Below, one piece after another: positions 38,385-49,808 of a DNA stretch of 64,000 bases (position 1 is its first letter; the number at the start of each line of letters is the position of its first letter). The stretch spans positions 1,051,379-1,115,378 of the forward strand of contig MU053754.1 of NCBI GenBank assembly GCA_013239625.1, written 5' to 3'. The notes beneath the pieces were generated by a model. That model was not told the origin of the DNA, did not search any database, and worked only from the letters and a program-made list of their open reading frames with translations. The position numbers and the translations under genes were made by a program. Source of the DNA: Lama guanicoe (Eukaryota).

Positions 38385-38495
38385 GGGAGGGAGAGAGGGA
38401 AGGTGGGAGAGAGAGAAAGGAAGAAAGAAAAAGGAGGAAGGAAGGAAGAGAGGGGGAGAAAGAAAGAAAGATAAAGAAAGGAAAGGAAAGAAAGA
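38385..38495. repeat. Low-complexity polypurine (GA-rich) tract
   Basis: About 110 bp composed almost entirely of G and A. Confidence 0.85.
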
Positions 38496-38947
38496 CAAAT
38501 GAACTTTTTTACAAAACAGAAACAGACTCACAGACAGAAAATAAACTTACGGTAACCAGGAAGAAAGGACAGGGAGCAATAAATTAGGAGGTTGGAGATT
38601 AACAGGTACAAATTACTATACATAAAAGAGGTAACAAGGGCATACGGTATAGCGCAGGGAACTACATTCAACATCTTATAATAAACTATGATGCAGGGGG
38701 GAGGCTATAGTTCAGGGGTAGAGCAGATACTTTCCATGCATGAGGTCCTGGGTTCAAATCTATTAAGTAAATAAATAAACCTAATGCTTCCTCTCCCCCC
38801 CAAATTTTTTTAAGAAAAGAAACTATAATGGAAAAGAATCAGAAAAAGAATACATGAATAACTGAATCACTTTGCTGTACATCTGAAACTAACACAACAT
38901 TGTAAATTAACTACACTTCAATTTTTAAAATGGTAAAAAAAAAAAAA
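38495..38947 (+). mobile_element. L1 3' UTR fragment interrupted by a SINE
   Basis: AAATGAAC...ACAGACTCACAGAC...CAGGGAACTACATTCAA / TAATGGAAAAGAATC...CTGAAACTAACACAACATTGTAAAT plus A/(AG)n tail. Confidence 0.85.
38696..38819 (+). mobile_element. tRNA-derived camelid SINE (Vic-1-like) nested in L1
   Basis: GGGGAGGCTATAGTTCAGGGGTAGAG...GAGGTCCTGGGTTCAAATC...TAAATAAATAAACCTAAT; TSD AAACTAT(G/A)ATG at 38683-38693 and 38820-38830. Confidence 0.85.
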
Positions 38948-40519
38948 GAGAGAGAGAGAGAGAGCAAGCGAGAGAGACAGAGAAGGAAAGACGTTCACAA
39001 AGTGCCCACTTTGAGTCATTCCTTCCCCCACACAAATGGAAAATGAACTCACCCACATTGGTAGCTGTCCTCTGAAAAGACCCAGTTGAGAGAAGTTCTT
39101 TCTTTATTGTGTGGTTTTAAAGACTATCCTCTGACCTCTGCTATTTATGACTTAAGATCTGTGAAGACAGGGCCAAACCCCTTTGGCTCCAAAAGGCGAC
39201 ACAAACAAAAGCTTTTCACCTTTGTTCCACTTACCTCATTTCCCATCAGGACACGTCCCTCCTGCACCCCCTGGTTTCACCATTTAAGCTGCATTTTCTT
39301 GTTTCTTTTGCCCAGTCACAGCCATCACCTAGCTGACAAGTGGCCACTGTCACTCCTTTCCAAGGACAGAGCCCCCCGTCATCACGGCCCAGCTGAAGGA
39401 GCTTCGGGAGGAATACAGCCGTCTCGTCCCCTCACCTCAGCTCACCATGACACTGTGTATAAAGTGGTTCAGGAAGCTCAACAACGCGCCAGGCAAGTCT
39501 CAGCCCCAGTACGGCACTCCTCAAGTTACTTACTAGTTTATGGATTTATCTACAGCCCTTCTCACCCTTAAAAGGATTCAACACGATTTACAGAGGCCCA
39601 TAGGATACAGCCAGAAAGCAAATCTCACATGGGTGAGAAAAACGAGATAAAACAAATAAAAACTGGAGTCAGGTACAAAGCTGGTTCCCAAAGTACATGG
39701 GATCAATCTCAGTAACCCTGGTAAAGCACGAGATTTTATTTATCTTCTAGCTTTGTAACGGCCAGTTCTAAGGGGAAGACTGTATGGTCCCAGCGGCTCC
39801 AGGCTAAAACATCTACCAGTTGCTGAGGGAAGTATATTGAGTACTGAATAGATGCACACGATGAACGTCTTCCCATGTTTTCTCCTGAAGGCGGCACAGA
39901 GTAACAGATCGATGTTCTCAGCAAGTTCCTCAGGCTGACTGGGTTGTGAGATGGTTTCTGAGAATATCACACGAGCTGCACTGCAGCAAATGGGGTTCAG
40001 TACATGCCAAGGACGACTGTGAGATGGTGAAGGGACACAGATCAGTCCTGTAATCAAGGCATGGCTCGAAGAGCTTCTGGAGACCATCTATCCACGAGGC
40101 ATGTGTAACTCCTGCTTCCCTCTGGCACCTCTTGTACCACGAGGTTATGGGGTGTTGATATGAATCCTTGGCAGGGACTAGGGGTTCAGTGACTTGTCGG
40201 CACATCACTGTCATTTCACAGCTACAAGAACTGCTGTCAGCTCTGACATCCACTGTTGAGAACTGAAGGCCCTACTGAGAATGACTGAATAAAAACGCCA
40301 TCCCCTCTCTGCCTAGACTTGTGTCAAGGAGTGTGAAGGGAAGACGTGACAAGGATCCTCCTCAGGAAAAGTCACTTTCTCTTCCTTCCTAGGGGAACAC
40401 AGAAGCTACACACACAATGGTCTAGCCCAGACAGCACAGCAATGGTAATTTTAGGTTGAAAAAGAGTTTAGAGCAAATGCCTGGCTTAGCCACGAAACAC
40501 TCTCACACACACTTTGCAC

Positions 40520-41150
40520 TGTAACCCGGCAGCACGCTATGGGGCCTTCCAGGGACAGACTGCACCCCCCTACCCCGCAGCCCCATGTCCTCTGCCTGCC
40601 TCTTGTCTGTAGAAATATTTTAGCCTTCTAGGCCTTCCCTGAGTTTCAAAAAGCAAATTTAATTTCAGAAGTGAGAAAAGGCAGAAATAAAGGAACAGTC
40701 AAACAAGACAAAACAGTGATAGTTTGGCTGTTAAACAAAGTCAAGGACTTCGGTACATCCTCAAGGGCTATTGATCATACCCTGAGCCACACCCTTCATC
40801 TGTTTTGCAGACAGTGAAACCCCACCAGGTGGGAGGAGTTAACTGATGCTGACCACAAGCCCGTCCCCAGACCAGCTCGAACCAGAAGGTTGGTGATGTC
40901 AGCTCCTGATGGCCTCACCACCAGCCAACCAGAAGAATGTCCATGAGCTGATCAGGGCCCCCTGCAACCCCTCCCTCACGTTGTCTTTAAAATCCTTTCC
41001 CTGAAAGGCCTCGGGGAGTCAAGTCTTTTGAGCATGAGCCACCCAGGCTCCTCTGTCACACCTTCAGTAAAGGCTGCACTTTCCTTCACCACAGCCCAGG
41101 GTCGGGAGACTACTGCGTGGGCGCGCGGACCCAAGTTTGGCTCAGTCACA
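40520..41150 (+). mobile_element. ERV1-class solo LTR
   Basis: TG...CA termini, TATA-like CTTTAAAA, AGTAAA poly(A)-like signal, GGACCCAAGTT near the 3' end; homologous to 61608-62183. Confidence 0.75.
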
Positions 41151-42709
41151 ACATGACCCAAAGAACATCGTGCTTTGAGCAATGAGTCGTACAAGAAAGT
41201 TCTCTCACCCCAAACAGTTGCAAAACAAACATACTAAGGTAGTTTAACATGTTTGTTTACAGGGTGAGGGAAGTTCTTCTACATCAAAGAGAGGAAATTG
41301 AGAACTCCTGTAAGAAAGGAGAATTAATTTTCCCAATAATTAGCCTGTATTCCTCCTTCAGGCAAATTAGGTAGCAAGACTACCTCCCAGTGCCCCCAGT
41401 TAATAAAAAGCCAAGTTGAAATGAATACCTGGATTCCTGTTCCTATAGTAACTGCTCTCTTAAAAACAGAAATAATGTTTCTAAGACAGACTATGTCCCA
41501 ACACAAATCAGGCTCCCAAGAGGAATTCCTGTGTGTGAGTAGGCAGGACAAGTTGACCCTCATGTCAAGGACTGCCAACAGGATGCAGTCAGAATCACAG
41601 GGAGAGAAAAGCAAATGGTGACCCCGTCAATTCAAGGGAGCGTCTTCCCTTCGGTCGAGACTATTTTGACAGGGACCATGCTTGGAGGAGGGCGGGCAAC
41701 CCAGCCCAGTGACATATTCAGTGCCCACAAATTCTCCCTCCCAGCTACTAAAATCCAATGTGGTCTCCTTTCTAGAACATAACCCTCCTCTTCCGCAGTC
41801 AGCACTGGTGCTCTTTGCTGGTCGCCAGATCGAAGCCAGCATCTTCAAACAGTCGGAGCGCCTCCGTGTGCCTTCTGATGAATGCACGACAACATCAACA
41901 CATCTGTCAGCCCACAATCAGCATGGAACACGTCCTGACGGAGACGTTTTTCACATGTTCGAAACAGATTCCCTTTCTAAAGCCGGCTTTCAGGAATCCT
42001 TCCTCTGTCGCGAACCACACTTAAGACATTCCGTTTCCATGTTCTTTCATGAGATGGGAGGATAGATCACCGGGAAGAGGTGAGGCTAAGGACTTCCACG
42101 GAGGTGCGTTCTCTCCTCCGCGTGGCTTTGCTTTGAAGTTTACAGCAGGTGGAAGACTTTCACAGCCGTAAAAATTGCTACGGAAAATCAAAAGCACGTG
42201 GGGCTGTTCACATGTCACGTGTTGGATTTAAATCCAAATACGCATCTGTTCTTTTCCTGAATTGCTGACTGTGCTGTGAGCCTGGCAGGAAGTTCTGTGT
42301 GTTATTTCAGCACACAGCCTAGTTTCTAGGCTAGAAAACCCTGCAATGTTCCAGTGACTGCAGGCTAATGATCGCCCCAAAGCACGCTAATATGTCTGAT
42401 AAAAGTTCCCAGCGTGAAGGCAGAAAACACTTACCATAAGAATGACAGAGCGAGGGAAAGCAAAATTCAGGCTGGAGGCTCCAATTAGAGCCGAGCGCCC
42501 GCGTCCCCCAGGCTGGGGCCGGAAGGAGGCGCCGCAGACCTCTCCTGGGTACAGTCAATGGCTCGCCTTCCTCTGAATCCCAGCACTTACCACTGAAGGA
42601 AGGAAGTTCTGAAACAAGGTGTGTACGTAGCTGCCCCATGGACAGGTTCTTTCGGTTTTTCTGTTTCACATACTCTCACGTCCTTTTTTTTTGCCACGTC
42701 TGCCTTTAC

Positions 42710-42860
42710 CTGAGAGATGACATTTGTTTGAATGCTCCCTGACAGCGACACTGGATGGTGTCCTGAGAATGAAGCTGCACATCCAGCCCTAACTCGAACT
42801 TGCCGATTATTTGATTTTTCAACCGCACGGCGACTGGGAAATCCAAGGGCTCAGGTGTGC
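42710..42860 (-). other. Possible 151-nt exon of the minus-strand host transcript (coding status unknown)
   Basis: Acceptor ctctcctcag|G, donor CAG|gtaaag; one frame open (TPEPLDFPVAVRLKNQIIGKFELGLDVQLHSQDTIQCRCQGAFKQMSSL); protein not recognised. Confidence 0.2.
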
Positions 42861-43332
42861 CTGAGGAGAGACTCCATCTCTGGGTCAGCACTAAAGCGCC
42901 TAATGGTCCTTGGGGTAGTTACAGTAAAGCTTTTCCTGGCATGTTACAGGACAGTCCAACACATACACACTCAATAATGCTTACTCAACATGCTGTCACA
43001 ACGCTGCACGCATAAAGGGCTTTTCCAAAAGAACATGAGCCAAACTCCTACACACCCAAACATTTCTTTTCATATGCATCCCATACAAACTGCAAGTCCA
43101 CCACTGGCTTAAGGAAATAGAATATTCCTCTCTTCTCTTTCCAGATTATCACGTCCCACTTGCTTAGAAATAATGTGACGATCTTTACTTACAGAAATAG
43201 TAACACTGGCATCCAAAATAAAGGGAATTAATGATAACATGTGAGAAGTTCTGTACTCTTCCGGTGGTACAAAGCTACACCTTCTCTTGGCCATCACTGT
43301 CAGGGGTGCGCTGCCTATGAAATAATTGGTCA

Positions 43333-43801
43333 TGTCGACTGAAAAAGGACACACACCGTGAGACTTCTGAGTTAAGTTTTACTTGGAGCAAAATGAGGAC
43401 TAGAGCCTGGGAGACAGCACTCAGAGAGCTCTGAGGAACTGCTCCAGAGAGGTAGGTACAGGGGAATGTCACTATTATATGTGGTTTCAGTGAAGGGGGT
43501 TACATGCAGCAAAACACACACTGAGGCAGAGGCTTGCGGCTACTCGCGAGGAGATGTCACCATGAATGATTTTAGTGCTTTTCTACATATGAGAAGATGC
43601 AGGAATCTGGGCTCACAAAATCTTCTCAAAATATCTAACTATCTGAAGGCCTGTCCAGCCAGTTTTTCCCAGAGCACAGAGCGCCTCGTTCCTCATCTCC
43701 GCCCTGAACTCCTTTCAGGGGGTGTCTGAGGTCAGCGGCTGCAGCAGCTCGTGATTTAATCCTTGTAGAGGCAGATGTCAAGTGCCAATTTTTAGTTGGC
43801 A
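43333..43801 (-). mobile_element. ERV1-class solo LTR
   Basis: Termini TGTCGACT...AGTTGGCA (imperfect inverted repeat), 4-bp TSD GTCA/GTAA, AGTAAA on the minus strand near the 3' end. Confidence 0.8.
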
Positions 43802-45256
43802 GTAACTCCCAAAAGATATCAATAACGCTGGACAAGAGATTCTCATTATAGATCAACCCTGCCCTTGAAGATGATAATACAAAGTCAGGGAAAACTGTGA
43901 ATATTAAGTATTACAATAGAGATTTAATGCAGTAAGTATTACAATAGGCTTTAAGTGTCTTAAAGTATATAAAACATCTGAAATTTCAATCTGTTGTTTA
44001 TTATTATTGCAAAGAAATAAAGACCTCAACTTTGGTTTTTAGGCATTTAGACCTAGCGCATTTCCACGTGTGCCAGAGTTCTCATTTTCTTCCTTAAGAT
44101 CTGTTTTCTCGGGGCTCTGTGGGTTTACAGTCATTACCACATAAATCACAGAGAGCATCTAATACAAAACAAAAACCTTCAACAGTCACATTCGGTTACG
44201 TTCCAGAGGTTTGACCTTTATCCAATACATTTCACAGAAGTCAAATGAAGCCGTCCAGATGTTCACGCAAACAAAACCTATCTTCCTCACCTCTAAATGT
44301 GGCTCTAAAAACAACCTGGAAAATGACTAAGAATTTGGAGTTACAGCCCTTACAAGAACTGCACTCCCACTGAGATCAAAGCAGCATGCCACTGCTCCAA
44401 GACTGAGCCCTGAATTACTGCTTTTCAACACAAATCCTCACAACTAATTGGGAAACAACAGTCAAGTGAGTTACAACGTCCCAAAGGAGAAGGATGAGCA
44501 CACGTGCTCCGCAGACATGGGTGGGTGTCACCAGGAGTGCCACTCTTAGGTGCAGGTGCAAAAAGGTAACTGAGCGCAAGGTCAAAGGAGACACATCTCT
44601 ATTCAGTAAATGCGTGACTCTCATGCAAATCTAGAATGAACAAGTGCCAAAGATTTGGTTTAACTTGTGAAATACTGCAAGAACCAGTAGTAAGTTACAT
44701 TCGGTTCAGAGAGGAAACCCAAATACAAATATGTTCGCACACGAGAAGGAATGCTAGGATGCAGTTACAGATGCAAAGCGGTCTATTCACGGGGTCTGCA
44801 TCAATTGCATTCCATGGGACACAGTCATCTGCATTTCCATGGACAAGAATCGTCTGCATTATCATCAGCCTTCTACCATTTACAGAGAAAGAGAACAGCT
44901 CAAAGATGACGGACAATGGAAGTGACCTGGAAGAGCGCCACACAGAGTCCATCCAGTCATCTCTCACCTGCCCACTTGGAAGTCTTTTACAATTTTTTCT
45001 GGCTTTAATAATCACATTTTAATACTGAACTTTCAAAAATTAATTGTGACATGCTCGACATTTTCCTTCTATTGTTTACCATTCATTCATTCAACAAATC
45101 CTCGTGTGCTGACCACCAACGTTCCGTACATGATCTTAGAAGCTACCCATTTTTTAGTTTGACTACATCAAGACATGCCTTTATATTGAGAGACCGACCC
45201 AATTTTACTGTTTTGTTTTCGTTTGGTCTTGCATATGTAAATGCAAGGCACAGAAG

Positions 45257-45568
45257 AGAGATTGGCAAACCATGGCAAATGGGCAAATCCAGCCCAGCAC
45301 CTGTTTCTGCATCACCAGTGAGCGGAGAACAGTTCTTACATTTTTAACTGGTTGGGGAAAAGTAATGAAATGTCATGATGTGAAATTCTATGCAATTCAA
45401 ATTTCAGTGTCCATGAATAAAGTTTTATTGGACCACAGGCACATTCCTTGGTTTACGTATTATCCATCACTGACTTCACGCTACAGTGGACGACTTGAGG
45501 AGTTGCCACAGAGACTTAATGGGCTACAAATATGAAAATACTTACTATCTGGTCTTTTACAGAAATTG
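45257..45568. mobile_element. MER58B-like hAT MITE
   Basis: TTGGCAAAC...GGGCAAATCCAGCCC...AATAAAGTTTTATTGGA...TACTATCTGGTCTTTTACAGAAA. Confidence 0.8.
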
Positions 45569-45738
45569 TATATGATGAGAACCAGGGTTCCTTACATATA
45601 GAGTTTCTTGAAAGGTGTTTGGTGCATACCACATGCTCAATAAACTGTATGTTTGTTTTCCTTCATATAATAAAGCAAAACTACTGAGACTTAGGACTGT
45701 GTTCTTAAATTCTTTTCTAACTCTCAAAATGCACAGAT

Positions 45739-45956
45739 CAGGGTTTCTCAGCCTCCCTCGGCCCCGGTGAACTTGGAGCCAGAAAACTCTTCACCGTGAG
45801 GGTGTCCTGTGCATTGGAGTTTTTTGTCACCACCCCAACCTCCACCCGTGAGATGCTAGTAGGTTCCCACCACTGACAGTGACAACCAAAAATGCCTCCT
45901 GCCGTTGCTCAATGTCCCCCTTGGGAACAACATGGCCCCAGGTTAAGAAGCACTGG
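45739..45956. mobile_element. MER20-like hAT MITE
   Basis: CAGGGTTTCTCAGCCTC...TGTCCTGTGCATTG...GTGACAACCAAAAATG...GGTTAAGAAGCACTG. Confidence 0.75.
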
Positions 45957-46174
45957 CCTAAAGGGATGCTGGGCAGGAAGTCGCTGCCCTCCGTCATCTA
46001 AGCCCCTGACTTCACAGTGCTGCCTTCACTACAGGAGAAAGGTGTTGATTTTCCTAATTCATCATACATCATCGTGTTAAGAGGCACAGACACGAAATGG
46101 ATCGTAACTTTCTTCCTGAAGGTACTAGGGTCATGACGTCCTTTGGGGGGAGAAAAAAATGTAATGAACAGGTT

Positions 46175-46820
46175 TCACTCATGGATTCATTTACAAATAG
46201 CTGTTGGCAACTACTCTGTGCCAAACAGCGTTCTACACTCTGAAGAGACCGCAATGAACAAGGAGTACGAAGTCGGTGCCCCCGGGAGCTCGCTTTCTGG
46301 TGAAGGAGGCAGACTCTCAGAGATAAAGGACTAAGTCAGTAATGTTGTGCGGGGGGTCATGGGGATGATGACGCATGTAAGAGGGTGGGAGGGGGATCTG
46401 GGAAGGCAAGGCTGAGGTGACAACTGTGCTGAGACGTGAACGGGTGGGGGGAGTGGCGGTGAGCAGGACAACTCTGCGGAAGGCGCCTTCTGGGTAGAGG
46501 AAAAAGCAGCCTTGACAGGGCAGAGACAAGGAGAAAAGTGGACATGGAGCACAGGCGGACAAGGCAGGACCGATGCCTCCGACTGAGAAAGACGGGAAGA
46601 TATTAAAAGATGTGAGGCGGATCGCAGCAGGAATCAGCTAATGTGTTCAAAGGGTCTTGCCAGCACCCCCATGGGTAGAGTTGAAGCTGAGAGACCCAAG
46701 AGGATGCTCCTGGATTGGTCCAGGCAAGAGATGATGGCAGACTGGACATGGGAGGCAGTCAGATGGGAAGAAGAGACTCTATTCTGGAGGATTCTGAAGG
46801 TGATGGGCTTTGCAAACTTC
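46175..46820 (-). mobile_element. L2 fragment
   Basis: ATTCATTTACAAATAG...CTACTCTGTGCCA...AATGAACAAG, and GTCCAGGCAAGAGATGATGG, typical of reverse-strand L2. Confidence 0.7.
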
Positions 46821-48320
46821 ACCAAGGCTAATTAAAAAGTCCTATAAAATGCTATGTAACATATATTCAGAAAACATGCACTTTAACATACATTCAGAAA
46901 ACTGTATCATCAACATTGCTTCTTGATTTGATGGTTTGTTTTTTCACTTCACTGACGCAGTGTTCTCACTGATTTTCCAAGTTGTTGATCTCTCTACAAC
47001 ACAGCGTAGGGGGCATCATTCTAAACTGGAGTTCACCTCCAGCAGTCTGCTGAGTGACTCCAGGACCAGTGTCAAATGTGTATGTGCCTGAATTTCCCCA
47101 TCTGTAAAATGGAGTTACCATCGCTCACCACTCACCCGATTAACCTAAAGATCAAGAGGAAAAGCCTGCAAAAAAGCTTCACAAATCTCCAAGCAAATAC
47201 AAACTCGAATTACCTACAAATATATCCAGTATGGATAATGTCCAAAGGAGATAAACTGTGATTAACATGTAAGATTCATTCCCGAAGACCCAGGCTAAAG
47301 ACAACCTTTAAATTTATGTCAGTTTTGTAAAATATTCCAGAGTCTCTCTTGCAGTTAGCTGTGACTTATTGATTCACTTTTGCTTTCAGGCAAAAGGAAT
47401 TGATTCCTTTTCTTGTGAAATTCAGTCTCTCATGTCAGCCTGGATCATTCAATTATAAAATACGGTTTCACAATCTGTATTCCCTAGAGCTGCAATTTCC
47501 TTTAATTAGGATATTCTATAAAAGCAGTTCCAATGAACCTCTTTCCATTCACATTTCAAGTGCGCAAAACAGGATTAGTTAATTTCTTGCTGGGCCAGGA
47601 CAAAGGGATGCTTATGACAAGTAACACTGATACAACAAATTACCATCCATGTAACATCCAACTAACTAAACTGCACAGAAACACTACTCATGAAATTTAG
47701 TCAGCCTTATAGTCCTACATACACATATATGTGTCCTTTCCTGCAGCGATGACCCAAACAAATTACCCAAACATCAGATGAACAATGTAACAGATACCAG
47801 AAAATGCCTTATCAGAGCAAACGCCTATGATATTATATAAAAAGAGCAAAAGGATCATAAACCAGACATTTTGTCTCTGCCCAGGATCTAAAGAGCCAGA
47901 ACTGAGCAAAACTTATTTTCACCAAGTTATTTCACATTCACATAATAATTCTGTTCTGTTTTTAGTAACAGTCATGTGGATTAAATGACACAACACATGC
48001 ATAAATGTCAGAATGTATCACTGCAATAAAGTTCTAGGTTGAAGAACGTTTTTTCTACAATTATCTACTTTGAGATAATGTGAAAGATCTTTCAAAATAA
48101 GGTCCTTCATACATATGCTATTTCATATATTGTGTATGAACACTCTGATGAAGTTTTGGTTGTAAAATAAAGGAATGCTTCAATTTTCAGTTCAATAGAA
48201 ATATCCATGAAGGGAATCTCATCAGACACCGTTAAGATCCCCAAGTGCTCCAATATTCATAGCAAGTTTAAACTTTATTCACTTATATAATCTGAATATA
48301 AAACCTACTTCGGACTAGAG

Positions 48321-48322
<2 letters not shown>

Positions 48323-48352
<30 letters not shown>
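48323..48352. repeat. (AC)15 microsatellite
   Basis: Perfect dinucleotide run. Confidence 0.95.
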
Positions 48353-48354
<2 letters not shown>

Positions 48355-48629
48355 TTTAAGTGTTTTGGTGTTTGGGGACTGAGGTAAGAAATTTATGCTA
48401 TTAAGTATACGAATAAATATAGTGACTACTTTAGAGCATGCATATGCAACAAGAAATAGTCAAAATGGAAAAGAAACTGCTTAAAGAATCAAATTATTTA
48501 ACCAGCAATTCCTACACACAAACAAAATAAACATACAAAATAACTCACGTGTAAGCAGACTGCACTAAACCTTCTAGTCTAACCAGAAGATGTTTTCTCC
48601 TTAAAATTTTTTTAATTAAAAAAATTACA

Positions 48630-48907
48630 GAATAAGGAGAGAAACAAGGGAGGGTATGGAAATAATGACACGTGTAGCCTGACTGCAGTGCTGGTTACAC
48701 GAACTGAATCTACACATGTGGTAAAACCTCACAGAACTATCTACATACATTATACCAATCTCAATCTTTGCTTTTGATACTGTTCCACAAATACATAAAG
48801 TGTAACCCCTGCTGGGAATGGGGTGAAGAGTGCATGTGATTTCTCTGTACTAACTTTGCAACCTCCTGTGACTCTATAGTTGCTCCAAAATTAAAAGATT
48901 TTTAAAA
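48630..48907 (+). mobile_element. Old L1 (L1MD/MC-like) 3' end
   Basis: GGTTACACGAA...CTACACATGTGGTAAAA...TCTCTGTACTAACTTTGCAACCTCCTGTGA...CAAAATTAAAAG. Confidence 0.7.
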
Positions 48908-48931
48908 TACTGACAGTTGTAGGGAACATAC

Positions 48932-48979
48932 CTTAGAACATTGCTTGTGATTCTGGCACCAAACCAGGGAACCATTGTT
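48932..48979 (-). CDS. Candidate 48-nt internal exon of an unidentified minus-strand gene (frame 0: [16 protein letters not shown]; alternative open frame [15 protein letters not shown])
   Basis: Long polypyrimidine acceptor tatttctttttctttttgcag|A, donor AAG|gtatgt, length a multiple of 3, two of three frames open, non-repetitive. Gene not recognised; could be UTR. Confidence 0.5.
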
Positions 48980-49134
48980 CTGCAAAAAGAAAAAGAAATA
49001 TATCGACTCAATTTTCTATTTGAAAACTATATACCCCCATGTGTATGAACATAATTTTAAAATATTTGCATTAAGGAAAGATTGATTTTGCCATCCTGAT
49101 ATGTCTTTGTTCCTAAAATAGAAAATGTGCTTCT

Positions 49135-49380
49135 AATGGAAGAGTTTGAGGCTGGAAGTCAGATCCCATGGGAAAGGCTTCTCTTTCCCTTTCCCTGGAT
49201 GTGTGACTCTGGACAAGGGACTCAGCAGCCCTGTGCCTCAGTTCATCCGTCTGTAAACATAATGACACTATCTCCTGCATGGGGTCAGTAGGATAACAAA
49301 GTGGGAGAATATTATGCAGACCATTTAGCACAGCTTGACAGTTAGTCAACATGTACCACGTACGAGGGCTATGACTCATT
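49135..49380 (+). mobile_element. MIR SINE
   Basis: Core TGTGTGACTCTGGACAAG...CTGTGCCTCAGTTCATCCGTCTGTAAA...TTAGCACAG. Confidence 0.7.
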
Positions 49381-49606
49381 AGCCAAGTACTGAATTTCTG
49401 CATGAAACTTGTCGCCCCATGACTAAAACTTTGGTGATGGGTGGGCTGTCATGTATTACATCAGACTGTGCAAGGACGGGGTGGTTAGTCGAGATAGTAG
49501 AAACCGTCACCCCATAATTAAATGTTGTAGCCTCCTGTTTTTTTGAAGTTTGAGGTTGAGTATGAGATAAAGTAGTCCATTTCCCATGTTTGAACACCTA
49601 CATTTC

Positions 49607-49808
49607 CTTTTTTTTTTTTCAATTGAAGTAGTCAGTTACATTGTGTCAATTTCTGGATATAGTACAATGCCCCAGTCTTGCATATACATACCTATATTTG
49701 TTTTCATATTTTTTTTCCATTAAAGGCAATTACAAGATTCTGAGCATAGTTCCCTGTGCTATATACAAGAAACTTTTTAAAATCTATTTTTACATATAGT
49801 GGCTAACA
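49607..49808 (-). mobile_element. L1 3' UTR fragment (camelid type)
   Basis: T-tract, ATTGAAGTAGTCAGTTACATTGTGTCAATTTCTGG, ATAGTTCCCTGTGCTATA. Confidence 0.85.

Noticed and set aside
39046..39085. 19-nt exon-like signal on the minus strand
   Set aside because: Frame-shifting length, short pyrimidine tract and no other support.
47130..47170. 9-nt microexon-like signal (ctttag|GTTAATCGG|gtgagt) on the minus strand
   Set aside because: It lies within a MIR-like remnant and is likely a chance pseudo-exon.
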